Program-made: the position numbers and the translations under genes
Notes under the pieces: model-generated
Told to the model about the DNA's origin: nothing
Databases searched by the model: none
Seen by the model: only the letters and a program-made list of their open reading frames with translations
From: an uncultured virus (IMG/VR IMGVR_UViG_3300037541_000797)
Taxonomy: Duplodnaviria > Heunggongvirae > Uroviricota > Caudoviricetes
IMG/VR virus record: IMGVR_UViG_3300037541_000797
DNA: 64,000 nucleotides
Reading direction: 5' to 3' (one strand)
Shown here: in pieces, positions 48,151-58,149 of the stretch
Numbering within the stretch: position 1 is the stretch's first letter
How the letters are laid out: the number at the start of each line of letters is the position of its first letter

Positions 48151-49266
48151 ATGGGACCAACTCTTCACTTAGGCGACTGCCTGGATGTGATGCGCTCCAT
48201 GCCCGACGCCAGTGTGGATGCGGTGGTGACGGATCCGCCCTACGGCCTGTCCTTCATGGGCAAGAAGTGGGATTACGACGTGCCCAGCGTGGAGATCTGG
48301 GCCGAGTGCCTGCGAGTGTTGAAGCCTGGCGGGCATCTGCTGGCCTTTGCAGGCACCCGAACTCAACACCGGATGGCGGTGCGGATTGAGGACGCAGGCT
48401 TTGAGATCCGGGACATGATCGCCTGGGTTTATGGGTCTGGGTTTCCGAAGTCGCTGGACGTGAGCAAGGCGATCGATAAGGCGGCAGGGGTGGAACGGGA
48501 GGTGGTTGGGAGCAAGCTGGGCCAGGCCGGCTACTCCATGGCGGACAACGGCCGGACCAACGCTGTCTATGGCGGTTTCCACGACCCCGCCGCAGAGTGC
48601 GCCATCACCGCCCCCGCCACCCCCGAAGCCCAGCAGTGGGCCGGCTGGGGCACCGCTCTAAAACCCGCCCTAGAGCCGATCACCATGGCCCGAAAGCCGC
48701 TGACCGGCACCGTGGCCGCGAACGTGCTGGAGCACGGCACGGGTGGGTTGAATGTGGATGGGTGCAGGGTGGGCGATGACGATGGAGCGCGCAACCGACC
48801 ACCGGCAAAGCCGTCATCCAGTGCCTACGCTCAAGACCCCTGGACGCTCAACCCTGAAAACCGAAAGCCGTTCGACGCCGCCGGTCTGGGCCGCTGGCCC
48901 GCCAACCTGATCCACGACGGCAGCGACGAGGTGGTGGGGTTGTTTCCGCAGCGGACTGGTGAGTACGCCCCTGACACCGGCAGCGCCGCCCGCTTCTTCT
49001 ACACCGCTAAGGCCAGTCGCGCAGATCGCGGCACCGGCAACACCCACCCCACCGTCAAGCCGCTGGCCCTGATGGCCTACCTCTGCCGGCTTGTCACCCC
49101 GCCGGTTGGCGTCGTTCTTGACCCGTTCATGGGCAGCGGCACCACAATCGTGGCAGCGCTGACAGAAGGCTTCCAAGTCATCGGCATTGAGCGCGACCCC
49201 GGCTACCACGCCATCGCGATGGACCGCCTCAACGGGGCGCAGATTGGCCTGGCGCTTGCCGCCTGA
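48151..49266 (+). CDS. DNA methyltransferase (N4-C/N6-A, beta class)
   Basis: GDCL, TDPPY, HPTVKP, VLDPFMGSGTT. Confidence 0.92.
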   Translation: MGPTLHLGDCLDVMRSMPDASVDAVVTDPPYGLSFMGKKWDYDVPSVEIWAECLRVLKPGGHLLAFAGTRTQHRMAVRIEDAGFEIRDMIAWVYGSGFPKSLDVSKAIDKAAGVEREVVGSKLGQAGYSMADNGRTNAVYGGFHDPAAECAITAPATPEAQQWAGWGTALKPALEPITMARKPLTGTVAANVLEHGTGGLNVDGCRVGDDDGARNRPPAKPSSSAYAQDPWTLNPENRKPFDAAGLGRWPANLIHDGSDEVVGLFPQRTGEYAPDTGSAARFFYTAKASRADRGTGNTHPTVKPLALMAYLCRLVTPPVGVVLDPFMGSGTTIVAALTEGFQVIGIERDPGYHAIAMDRLNGAQIGLALAA

Positions 49267-49292
49267 CCAGCCGCGGCCATTCAGCCATCAGT

Positions 49293-50822
49293 TCAGAGCT
49301 CGGCCACCTCGCGCACGATCGCGTCGTAGGCGGCTTGGGCTGCTGGATCCAGCCAGCCGCGCCTGGGGCACCACACCGGATCGCCTGTGGGCCAGGGGCT
49401 GGCGGCCAGGTTCAGCGGATCCTCACCCCCCAGCCCCTGGCGGGGCACGGATTGGGGCAACTGTTTGCGCTCCATCAGCGGGTAATCGCGAGGGCTGAGG
49501 CGCTCATCACCCGCACCACCCACCGGCCGCAATTTGGCACCCTTGCCATTGGCCCGGAAGAAATGGCCCAGGGTGCTCTTGCTATGGCGCTTGGCCTGGG
49601 CCTCCCACCGCTCGGCTGGTTTATCCGCCAGGTCGTTTTCAATTGCCAGCGATTCCAGGCTCACCGGTGTTTCCTGGCAGCGGCAGTTGGGATGAATCGG
49701 GCTCTTTACTGAGCCGATGTAGTAAATGCAGCCAGAGCGGGGGGCGCAGAACTCACAGGTGCGCTCATCCAAGGTGGCCAGGTATTGCACAAAACCCACC
49801 CGCAATTTGCGCCAACAGCGCTCCTGGGCTTCCCCGGAGGCCATCAGGGTTTCGGTGCGGGCGATGGTTTCCGCCCGATTTTGAAACGCCTCGTTGATCG
49901 TCGGGATCCGTTCTTTCAGATTTTTTGCCAGGGTTTTGGAGTCCGGCCCCTGGGCCATTTGGCGGGCGGTCTCAAACGACACGCTCTCCCCCCACTCGCC
50001 CCACCATTTGGCGTAATAGTGTTTCGCCGCGGCCACGTGTTGATCGGTCGCTGCATCCCGCTCCCGGCGGTAGTTTTCTGATAGGCCTTTGAAATCCCGC
50101 TCGGCGGCCACCACCGCCCCGGAGAGATCAAAGAGGCGCGTCAGCCGCTGGCCCCCCTGATACTGGCGATCGGGGCCGATGCCAGGGCCTCCGCTCGCCT
50201 GGGGCCCTGTGGGTCCGGTGCCCGGAGCTGGGGCGGTGGGCCGCCCGCCGGGGGGGCTGATGCCACCACCAATCAGAGGCCCCGCTGAAGATCGGGGGGC
50301 AGTGCCGGGCAGCGCTGGCGATGCTGGCGCCGCCGGCGCTGCCTCCTGGCCTGGCAGTTGGCGAATGGTGCCATCGGGATCGAGCTGGGCCATGGCCGGG
50401 GCCAGATCTGCCTGAATCAGCTGCAGTCCGTAATTGGTGCCCAGGTCCTGGGCCCGATCGAACAGCTGGCGCAGCTCCCCGTTCAATCGCTCCAGCCGCT
50501 CGGGGCTGAGCGGCACGGCATTGAGCACCACCATCAAATCTTGAATCAGCTGGGGCTGCAGCAGCAGCCCTGCCTGGTTTTTTTGCAACGGCTCAATAGG
50601 AACCGGCCCTTCTGGTGTGCTGCCCAGAAAGGCGCCGGGGCTGTTGGCGGGGTTGTAGTCGGGCTGATCGGCAGCCTTCTCCAGCAGCTCAAACACCCGC
50701 GCCACGGTATCCCTCAGCGCTGCCTCAAAAATGCGGCCGATGCGCTGGATTGCTGGGTCTTCCAGGCCCCGCAAAGCCTCGCTGAGCTGTTCGGCCAGCT
50801 GTTCGCGGCGATCAATTCCCAT
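49293..50822 (-). CDS. Head morphogenesis protein (MuF/SPP1 gp7 family)
   Basis: RAETIARTET...YLATLDERTC..C...PIHPNCRC. Confidence 0.88.
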   Translation of the reverse strand: MGIDRREQLAEQLSEALRGLEDPAIQRIGRIFEAALRDTVARVFELLEKAADQPDYNPANSPGAFLGSTPEGPVPIEPLQKNQAGLLLQPQLIQDLMVVLNAVPLSPERLERLNGELRQLFDRAQDLGTNYGLQLIQADLAPAMAQLDPDGTIRQLPGQEAAPAAPASPALPGTAPRSSAGPLIGGGISPPGGRPTAPAPGTGPTGPQASGGPGIGPDRQYQGGQRLTRLFDLSGAVVAAERDFKGLSENYRRERDAATDQHVAAAKHYYAKWWGEWGESVSFETARQMAQGPDSKTLAKNLKERIPTINEAFQNRAETIARTETLMASGEAQERCWRKLRVGFVQYLATLDERTCEFCAPRSGCIYYIGSVKSPIHPNCRCQETPVSLESLAIENDLADKPAERWEAQAKRHSKSTLGHFFRANGKGAKLRPVGGAGDERLSPRDYPLMERKQLPQSVPRQGLGGEDPLNLAASPWPTGDPVWCPRRGWLDPAAQAAYDAIVREVAEL

Positions 50823-52857
50823 AGCTATCGCACCTCACACCCATGGCGATCAAAGCGAGTCCATCCAGCCGCCTCACCCGGGCGCTGGCCCCTGCCGCGG
50901 TGATCACCAGCTCGGCATCGTTCACACCCACCACAGCGCACCACTGCCCGCCAGCTCCCAGCACCTCCCACAGCCCCTCGCTGTCAAAACCCACCGCTGC
51001 ATTCAGCCCCGCAATCGGCTGGCCATAGGGGCCCACCAGGGCGGCGGAGCCATCGGCCCGCACCTCCAACGGCACGCCCGCCACCACCCGCCGGCCGGTG
51101 ATTCGAGCCCCATCGGCCCGCACGCCGGACGGCCGGCCGCGGCCTCGCGATCGTGCAGGGCCAGGCTTGGCAATCCGCTGGGCGATGGCCGCAGCCAGGG
51201 CCTGGCCGTCATCCGGGATGGGCTCTTCCTCCGGTGCGGAGGTGTCTTTTTGCTGCTGCGCAACCTCTTCATCGCAAGCCGAGCAACAGCCATCTTCTCG
51301 GGGGTCGCTGGCGCTTGCCAGGCCATCACCCCTGGCCGCGGCGGCTTGCTCCTCTGGCGTGAGCTCAGCGGTGCCTGCCGCCGCTGGTGCTGCTGGTGTT
51401 GTGGGTTCAGCCGGGGTATCGCCGCTGGCGGGGTCGCCGCCGGCTGGATCTGCTGATTCAAGATCACCACCGAAATCGGGTCCGGTGCCCTCATCGGGCT
51501 GGGGGATGGAGCCATCTGGCTCCCGATTAAGCAGGGTGGTCTCCAGGGAGAATTTAGCGGCGCTGAATCGGGCCAAGGCCACCTCCACGGGCGTAAGCAC
51601 CTGCTCCCGGATGTAGGCGGTGTCTGTGGTTGCCTGCTTGGAGCGCAAATCGGCCTCCTCTGAATCGGAGAGCACAAAGGTGGGGTAAAAATCGATTTTC
51701 CAGTCTTCCGGCAGCTCCATGGGGGCGGACCCGCGGGAACAGGCCGCCAGCAACTCGTAAAACTGGCGCAGGGGGCGGTCCAGGTGATCCTGCTGCTGCT
51801 GGGCCGTCTCCATTGCAAAAGCGGCATCTTCTGATCGGCCATCAGCACCCAGTCCGGAGGGGGAAGCACCCCAGAGCTTGGTGTGGGGGATGCGGCTGGC
51901 CCCCTGCACCTCCGTTTCCAATTTGCCGATCACCGTATCGATGCCCCCCAGGGATCGGGTGATCCAGGAAACGTCCTCGCCGTCGGCATCGATGGCAATG
52001 CCTCCGAGCACAGACCGGCATTTGCCGATTAGGTCCAGCCGGGCCTGAATTGCCGCCTCCTTTCCATTGGCCACCATCTGGCCTAAACCCTTTATTTTTT
52101 GCACAAAAAGGCTGAAATCGTCGAGGATGGCCGATCCGCTTTTCTGGCCGGTTTCATATCGTTTAAAAACCTCCCAGAGGCTCTGCAGCACAGACACGCC
52201 CCACCAGTTGTTCTGGCCTTTAAGCCCGTGGGGCAGGGGGTCGCCGTCAAAGCGCAGCAAACGGGAACTATGAATTGGCACCCCCATTTCCTTTTCATCC
52301 ATTCCCGCTCGCTTCAAATCGTCGTCTTGATATACAACAAATTGATAACGCTCCGGAGCGCCCACGCCAGACCAACCAGGGGCAGGCCAAATGCGCCAGC
52401 GATCCATTGCGTACAGGCCCCGAATCGAGCGCAGCCGTTTGGGATCCACGGGCTCGTTGATTGGTAGCCCGTCGTCGAGAATTAACACAATCACCGCCCC
52501 GCCATGGTGGCGTGCCATGCGCAGGGCCTCGCGCACATGGTCTCGAATGCCCAGGGCTTCGCCTGCAGATACCAGTTTGTCGAGGCGCTTTTTTTGGGCC
52601 TCGTTCACCTCGCCTCCCACTGTGATGCCCCAGCCGGCTCTCGTGGCTTCACTGGCAACCAGGTCCACCACCCGGCGGCAAAGCCAACTGCTCACGTAGA
52701 GGTTGTTCAGCTCTTCCTCCTGCAACAAGCTGACTGGAGCTATGGCCGTGTAGCTGGAGCGGTCACGGCTGGTGCCCATGCGCGTCAGCGCATTGATAAG
52801 CACGCCATCGTTGCGCTCCTCTGGCAGCGGCAATTGATCGGACATGGGGGATGGCAC
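50812..52857 (-). CDS. Portal protein (DUF1073 family) with long C-terminal extension
   Basis: LYVSSWLCRRVVD..A.EATRAGW...IHSSRLLRF.G...WWGVSVL...IPHTKLWG.SPSG. Confidence 0.88.
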   Translation of the reverse strand: MPSPMSDQLPLPEERNDGVLINALTRMGTSRDRSSYTAIAPVSLLQEEELNNLYVSSWLCRRVVDLVASEATRAGWGITVGGEVNEAQKKRLDKLVSAGEALGIRDHVREALRMARHHGGAVIVLILDDGLPINEPVDPKRLRSIRGLYAMDRWRIWPAPGWSGVGAPERYQFVVYQDDDLKRAGMDEKEMGVPIHSSRLLRFDGDPLPHGLKGQNNWWGVSVLQSLWEVFKRYETGQKSGSAILDDFSLFVQKIKGLGQMVANGKEAAIQARLDLIGKCRSVLGGIAIDADGEDVSWITRSLGGIDTVIGKLETEVQGASRIPHTKLWGASPSGLGADGRSEDAAFAMETAQQQQDHLDRPLRQFYELLAACSRGSAPMELPEDWKIDFYPTFVLSDSEEADLRSKQATTDTAYIREQVLTPVEVALARFSAAKFSLETTLLNREPDGSIPQPDEGTGPDFGGDLESADPAGGDPASGDTPAEPTTPAAPAAAGTAELTPEEQAAAARGDGLASASDPREDGCCSACDEEVAQQQKDTSAPEEEPIPDDGQALAAAIAQRIAKPGPARSRGRGRPSGVRADGARITGRRVVAGVPLEVRADGSAALVGPYGQPIAGLNAAVGFDSEGLWEVLGAGGQWCAVVGVNDAELVITAAGASARVRRLDGLALIAMGVRCDSYGN

Positions 52858-52948
52858 CTGGGCCAGGCTAGGCAGCGGCCAGATAAAAACACCTCAGCCA
52901 CTGCTTCATCCTGCAACCGGGATGGTGCGTCGGTACATTTAGAAGGCG

Positions 52949-53914
52949 ATGCATTGCCAATCGGCCATGGCTCAACGGCGGCTGCCCACCGTGGTGGACT
53001 CGATCCTGAACAGCCTGGAGCATTATCCAGTGCCAACGGCTACAGAACAGATTGAGTACGGACGCGCCGTTCGCGCCTGGCAGGACTGGTCCGGAGGCCC
53101 GGATGCAGCGCCTCCCCGCGTGAGGCGATTTGGGCTCAGAGGCCGGGAACGTCTGGTGACCGGCAACCTGCGACTGGTAGTCAACGTGGCCAAAAAATAC
53201 CAATCACGAGGGATACCACTGGAGGACCTTATCCAGGAGGGCTCGCTGGGCCTGACCACGGCAGCCGAAAAATACGACCCCGGCAGAGGCTACATGTTTT
53301 CCACCTATTCGTATTGGTGGGTAAAGCAGCGGATCGTGCATTATGTAATTGATAAGGCCAGCCTGATTCGGGTGCCAGGCAGCACGAATGACGACCTGTT
53401 CAAGGTCCGGCGACAGCTGGACGGATGTTCCGGGCAGCGCAGCGATAGAGAGCTGTTGGTGGCGGCCGGGCTCAGGGATCTGCCTGACACCATGGTGCGG
53501 ATCCGCGATGCAATGCGGGCCAGGGCATGCGGTAGTACTTCGGTACTGCTGCCCAGTGGTGGCGGCTGCATTGAGGATTTGCAGGCCAGCCCAACAGGTG
53601 GGAAGGACGATCAATACGAGGCGCTGGAACGGGCCGAGCGACAGGCACTGGTGTGCAAATTGCTGGCGGAGCTGCCAGATAACGAACGCCAGGTATGGGA
53701 GCTGCGAGTGGTGGAGGAGGTGCCCCGAGTCGAGGTGGCCCAGATCCTGAATATTTCGGTGAGCGCGGTGGGAGAACTCAAGCGCCGCGCCATAGCTCAC
53801 CTGCAGGCATTGGTAGCCCAGCAGGATGCCGGCTTGCAGGTGGGCTATGGCGCGGCGCTGGCTCCAGTGCCGGCAGCCTGCCAGCAATTGCAGCTCTCAT
53901 TGCTGCCTGGCTAG
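52949..53914 (+). CDS. Phage-encoded sigma-70 family factor (RpoD/group 2-like; likely start 52967)
   Basis: NLRLVVNVAKKYQ.RG..LEDLIQEG.LGL..AAEKYDP.RGYMFSTYSYWWVKQ; region 4 HTH. Confidence 0.92.
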   Translation: MHCQSAMAQRRLPTVVDSILNSLEHYPVPTATEQIEYGRAVRAWQDWSGGPDAAPPRVRRFGLRGRERLVTGNLRLVVNVAKKYQSRGIPLEDLIQEGSLGLTTAAEKYDPGRGYMFSTYSYWWVKQRIVHYVIDKASLIRVPGSTNDDLFKVRRQLDGCSGQRSDRELLVAAGLRDLPDTMVRIRDAMRARACGSTSVLLPSGGGCIEDLQASPTGGKDDQYEALERAERQALVCKLLAELPDNERQVWELRVVEEVPRVEVAQILNISVSAVGELKRRAIAHLQALVAQQDAGLQVGYGAALAPVPAACQQLQLSLLPG

Positions 53915-54296
53915 CGGCTTGGCTAGCCAGGCCCGATTCACGTGCCGGACCTGGCTCCGGTATCGAGCCCTGCGGCGGCCAGAGCCGGCGGCCAGAGCCA
54001 GGGCCCGATTTCGCAGCGACAGCCGGGCAGGTCGATGCCAGCTCCAAAAGCAGCTGGCGCAATACAAAATCCACAACACCATGATTGCCGCAGTGACCTG
54101 CACCTGACTTGCGCATTGGCAGGGCCAGGCTAGGGAACCCGGTAGCCCCTGGCCAGAAATCGAACGGCTGACCGTGGTTTATTGGCCAACAAAGCCATCC
54201 AAAACCCTGAGCAGCCCCCATTGGCGTCCACCACCAAGAACGGCCAGGCCAAACATTGCGTTTCGTAAATGAATTTGACCCCACGCCTCGGGGTTG

Positions 54297-54350
54297 CGTT
54301 ACGGGCGTGTTACCATTTATTCACCGGGGCTGAGGAGCCCCACCACCAAC
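54297..54350 (+). promoter_or_regulatory. Promoter cassette (family A)
   Basis: CGTTACGGGCGTGT-TACCAT...GGGGCT-GAGG-AGCCCC-ACCACCAAC. Confidence 0.75.
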
Positions 54351-54357
54351 AAAAGAA

Positions 54358-54897
54358 ATGACCAGTTCCCTCGCCACAAGTTTCCTCGCCACAATTGAAG
54401 CCGCTGCGGTCTCTGTCGAGACAGCGGCCAGGGCTTCTGCCCCTCACCTGCAAACGGTTGCCCGCGCCGATTGGGGCCAGCACCTGAAGGCCGCGGCCGA
54501 GCGCACCCTGCCGGTGATCGCCGCCATCTGGCTGGCCGTCGAGCTCGCCGGTGCCCTCGTGCTGGGCACATGGCAGGCAGGCCGCGCCACCCGCCTGGCG
54601 GTGGAGGCCGTCAACAACTGGATGGCCGCCATCGCCGGGGATCTGGCCGATCCCACCCGGCACCAGCAGGATGCTGATGTGCCAAGGGCTGAGCAGCCAG
54701 CCGAACAGCCAGCCGAACAGCAGCCAACCGCACCAGTGGCGCCCACAGCCCCAGCAGCCCCCCATCTGCCGGTGTTGGCCCCTGCCCCCCGCCGCCGTGT
54801 CTCACTGGCCGGCTGGCTCCAGGCCGATGGCTGGGATGACGACGCCGTGGCCGACCTGGTGCGCCGCCGCCCGTACCCCCAGGGCATGGCGGCCTGA
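54358..54897 (+). CDS. Hypothetical accessory protein with hydrophobic segment
   Basis: ATG right after the cassette; followed by a GGGGCCCCTGA/TCAGGGGCCCC hairpin. Confidence 0.6.
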   Translation: MTSSLATSFLATIEAAAVSVETAARASAPHLQTVARADWGQHLKAAAERTLPVIAAIWLAVELAGALVLGTWQAGRATRLAVEAVNNWMAAIAGDLADPTRHQQDADVPRAEQPAEQPAEQQPTAPVAPTAPAAPHLPVLAPAPRRRVSLAGWLQADGWDDDAVADLVRRRPYPQGMAA

Positions 54898-54941
54898 TCC
54901 CGAAGGGGCCCCTGATTCAGGGGCCCCAACACCACAGATCA

Positions 54942-55022
54942 ATGGCTTCAGCTGTGCCCCTCCGCATGATTGACACCTTCAGCGGCATTGGAGGCTTCAG
55001 CCTCGCCGCTCGCTGGCTGGAT
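54942..55022 (+). pseudogene. 5' remnant of a C5-cytosine DNA methyltransferase
   Basis: LRMIDTFSGIGGFSLAARW = motif I FxGxGG; no downstream PC/ENV motifs, frame degenerates. Confidence 0.65.
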
Positions 55023-55243
55023 AGTTCTGGCCTTTTGGCGACATCTGGATCGCATGACGCCAGCGGCCTGGGAAGCGGCCGGGGAAGCGGCCTGGGAAGC
55101 GGCCGGGGCAGCGGCCGGGGCTTCCCTTGAGATTCAAGGCGCCGTTTTTATGCGTGCAAACAATCAGCCGTTTTATTTTTTGCCGCTATTTGGGTTTTCA
55201 GATCCAGAGGCTGTCATCGCCGCTACCGTGAATCCCACAACAG

Positions 55244-56707
55244 CTAAATCATTGTAATCCAGCTGTTCATTAGCGGCCGTATCCTGGCGCCGGCATGCCC
55301 GGCCATGGCCAGGGCCATTACCGCGTCATCGTGGTGACCTGGGGCGGCTTTGCGGTCGCCCGTTTCTGTTTGGCGAAAATTGCGCATCTGCTGGCCCACG
55401 TAGCTGTTGGGGGGAATCGTGAGCTCGCCCTGCTCTAGCAGCAGCACCAGCCGATCGCTCATCATGATTTTGCTGGGGCCGGATGTGTAAACCTCTTCCA
55501 GTTCGGTGCCTGGCCGCAGCAGACACAGAGCCTCCCCAACTGCTGCCCCAACCCCGTTTTTTTCCACCACCACCAGAGTGGGCTGATATTCATCAATTAG
55601 CCTGGCGCAGCGCTGCAGTCCGTAATCCCGGCTGCAGCCGGCTTCGTTGAACCCGGCCACCACCCGCCAGGGGCTCTCGGATACATCAAGCACCAGACCG
55701 CAGAAGGCATCGTTGCCGCCGCCGTTTGGATCAATGCCGAGCACATAGTTATGGCCCCAGGTAGGTGCATCCCAGCCCCCTGCAGCCTCCGCCAGCTCGA
55801 TCAGATCGTGAGCGTATATTTCGTAGTCAGATGCGGTGAAGTCGAGTTCGTATTCACTGCGATATTTTTGCTCAGTTAATTGGCGGGCTCGCTTTGTTTT
55901 TGCTGCAAAATCTGGATCCTGACTATATACTGGGTGCTGGGAATAATGAATGCAAACTTTGGCGTATTGATTGTCGGGAGAGATGCGCAGCCTAGGGATG
56001 CCATTAACCCCCATGGGCGTGGGATCCACCACCACCTCACCGTGGTCTTCGTGCCAATGGTCTGAGAAGGTGCCGCTGCGGCCATTTGGCGTGGTAATCC
56101 ATAGATGGCGGGCCATGTCGCCCAGCATCGACGTGGATGGCAATGCGCCCTGCTCAATGCCGGACAATTTGGTGATAAAGGCCGCTTCGTCAAACAGGAT
56201 TGAGGCGGCAGACGGGATTCCCCTGGCGGCTCGCTCGGTGGGCGGCAAAAAATGCAACGCGCCAAAGCCGGCAAAGACGAGCTTCCTGGCTGATTCCTTG
56301 GCAAACTTCGGGCACCGATCGCGAAGTGAAGCCGCCTGCCCCTTGATGCGGCCCGCCAGCTCGCTGGCGTCATCGCCGGTCTTGCTGAACACCACCCCAG
56401 TCCAGGCCGGCCGGCGGCAGGCTTGACACAACTTGTAGCTGATCACTGTCTCGGAGATCCCTGTCTGCCGGCTCTTCAAAACGTAAACATTTTGCACCTT
56501 GCGATGTATTTTTATCAGCTCCCGCTGAGCAGCAAACGGTATAAAAGGGATGTACTTGCCGCCAGAGGCAATCTGGGTTTGCGCCGCAAAATCTGGCCAC
56601 TTCCCAGGCAGCGAATCCCATGGGTTGGCCTTGGCCGGGCCACCAATCAGCGGATCCGGTGAATACCAATCAACGATACTGGGCGGTCGGACAATTAGCG
56701 ATACCAT
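55244..56707 (-). CDS. terL: Terminase large subunit
   Basis: VLKSRQTGIS (Walker A), ILFDEAAF (Walker B), ITTPNG, LGIDP, GHHDDAVMALA. Confidence 0.92.
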   Translation of the reverse strand: MVSLIVRPPSIVDWYSPDPLIGGPAKANPWDSLPGKWPDFAAQTQIASGGKYIPFIPFAAQRELIKIHRKVQNVYVLKSRQTGISETVISYKLCQACRRPAWTGVVFSKTGDDASELAGRIKGQAASLRDRCPKFAKESARKLVFAGFGALHFLPPTERAARGIPSAASILFDEAAFITKLSGIEQGALPSTSMLGDMARHLWITTPNGRSGTFSDHWHEDHGEVVVDPTPMGVNGIPRLRISPDNQYAKVCIHYSQHPVYSQDPDFAAKTKRARQLTEQKYRSEYELDFTASDYEIYAHDLIELAEAAGGWDAPTWGHNYVLGIDPNGGGNDAFCGLVLDVSESPWRVVAGFNEAGCSRDYGLQRCARLIDEYQPTLVVVEKNGVGAAVGEALCLLRPGTELEEVYTSGPSKIMMSDRLVLLLEQGELTIPPNSYVGQQMRNFRQTETGDRKAAPGHHDDAVMALAMAGHAGARIRPLMNSWITMI

Positions 56708-56709
56708 CG

Positions 56710-57162
56710 CTAATCAAAATCCTCATCCGGGTCGATAACAGCTGCCTCTCGGCTCTGCTGGTTGGCCGCAACAGCGTCATCCGGGGCCCGCTCCACAAAC
56801 AGGTTTGCCTGCGCCACACAGGCTTGAATCATGGCGCTGGGATTATTCGCCGCCCTGGCAACTTTATAGCTATTTTCCAAGCGGTAATACACAATCAGCG
56901 CTATGCGCCGCTTGTCGATGCAGGTAAGCGCTTCTTCAAGGGATTCATACATCTCCTTGATATATTTACTAGCAGTGCGGCGCGGCATTGCCCACTTCTT
57001 TTCGCAATGATTACGCAATTCCAGCGGGCTGTAGCCATTTCTGCAGAGTGTCTGCAGCTCCCGTATTCTGAATATTTTTTCTAACTTTGTTGGCTGGTTT
57101 TTTTTGCCTGATTTCTTTGAGCCGTCACCCCCCGCAGGTTTTGGCGCAGGGAGTCTGCTCAC
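56710..57162 (-). CDS. Probable terminase small subunit
   Basis: HTH-like helical protein immediately upstream of terL. Confidence 0.6.
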   Translation of the reverse strand: MSRLPAPKPAGGDGSKKSGKKNQPTKLEKIFRIRELQTLCRNGYSPLELRNHCEKKWAMPRRTASKYIKEMYESLEEALTCIDKRRIALIVYYRLENSYKVARAANNPSAMIQACVAQANLFVERAPDDAVAANQQSREAAVIDPDEDFD

Positions 57163-57436
57163 GAATCAATGGCGATTCACCAGGGTAGGCAACACGGCAT
57201 CAATGCGCCAATGCGTCACGGCTGCATGGGGCGGCTACCGGTGATGTTCAGCTGGTGGCTGGTGGTGGGGACTTGGCTTTTTGGGCCCTGGCGGTGCTGG
57301 CCAGGGCGCTTATTTAGCTGGCGCATGATCCTCACCTCACTGGCCACGTTGGCCCAGTCGATCGCGGGGGGTGCGGCCTGGCCCTGGGCTTCCGCTGGTG
57401 TGCCGTTGCTGCCAGCTGTGGGCATGGTTTTAGCCG

Positions 57437-58090
57437 CTATGCCCCAGTTTGCGGCTTGTCAGAGGCTGTTGCCTTGGCCTTGGCCTTCACTCCACCGGCA
57501 GCTTGCGCGATTACTGCGTGGATCCCCCTGAGATAGATCTCGTCAGCGGAACCCCCCTCGCTGTTGCAGGCCGTATAGAAAACTGCCTGCAGTTCGCGGT
57601 CAAGACCTGTGATGTGGCCGCATCTAGCCGGCAGCGCTGGCTGCCGGCTAGACGCGGCCACGGCGGCTTGCAGGTCAGCCACCTGGTCGGCGCGTTCGGC
57701 ATCGGCGTCGGCGTCGGCGGCCCAGTTGGCGGCCCAGTTGGCGGCGTCAACGGCGGCGGCGGCCAGGTTGGCGGCACAGTTGGCCCAGGTGGCGGCATAG
57801 TTGGCCCAGGTGGTGGCGTCGGCGTCGTCGGCGGCGGCGGCGGCGGCGTTGGCGTCGGCGTTGGCGGCTGACAGCTCAGCCGTCACATCCTCCCCCGCGA
57901 GGCGCCGCTGCAGCAGTCCCCGCACGATGGCAGGGTGCGGGCTGTTGGAGCGCTTCTCCAGACGCTGGAGCAGTGGAACCAGAAATAGATCTCGACACCG
58001 ATCCCAGTCGATTGCCGCACCATCCGGCGCCATGATAACTGGAGCGTTCAGGTCACGTTCTAACTTTGTGAACCAGACGGGTTTAGTCAT
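57437..58090 (-). CDS. Ala-rich repeat phage protein
   Basis: AANWAA-type low-complexity repeats. Confidence 0.55.
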   Translation of the reverse strand: MTKPVWFTKLERDLNAPVIMAPDGAAIDWDRCRDLFLVPLLQRLEKRSNSPHPAIVRGLLQRRLAGEDVTAELSAANADANAAAAAADDADATTWANYAATWANCAANLAAAAVDAANWAANWAADADADAERADQVADLQAAVAASSRQPALPARCGHITGLDRELQAVFYTACNSEGGSADEIYLRGIHAVIAQAAGGVKAKAKATASDKPQTGA

Positions 58091-58149
58091 TGTAAAAACA
58101 AAAAGTGAGGGTTAACAATCTGGTAATCTGGCAATGATTACAAATAGGG

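Noticed and set aside
49293..50822. MuF-fused toxin
   Set aside because: The ~125 aa after HPNCRC show no recognisable toxin motif
50812..52857. Anti-CBASS Acb1 label sometimes attached to DUF1073 proteins
   Set aside because: No paired HxT/S 2H-phosphoesterase motifs seen in the extension; position and motifs indicate portal
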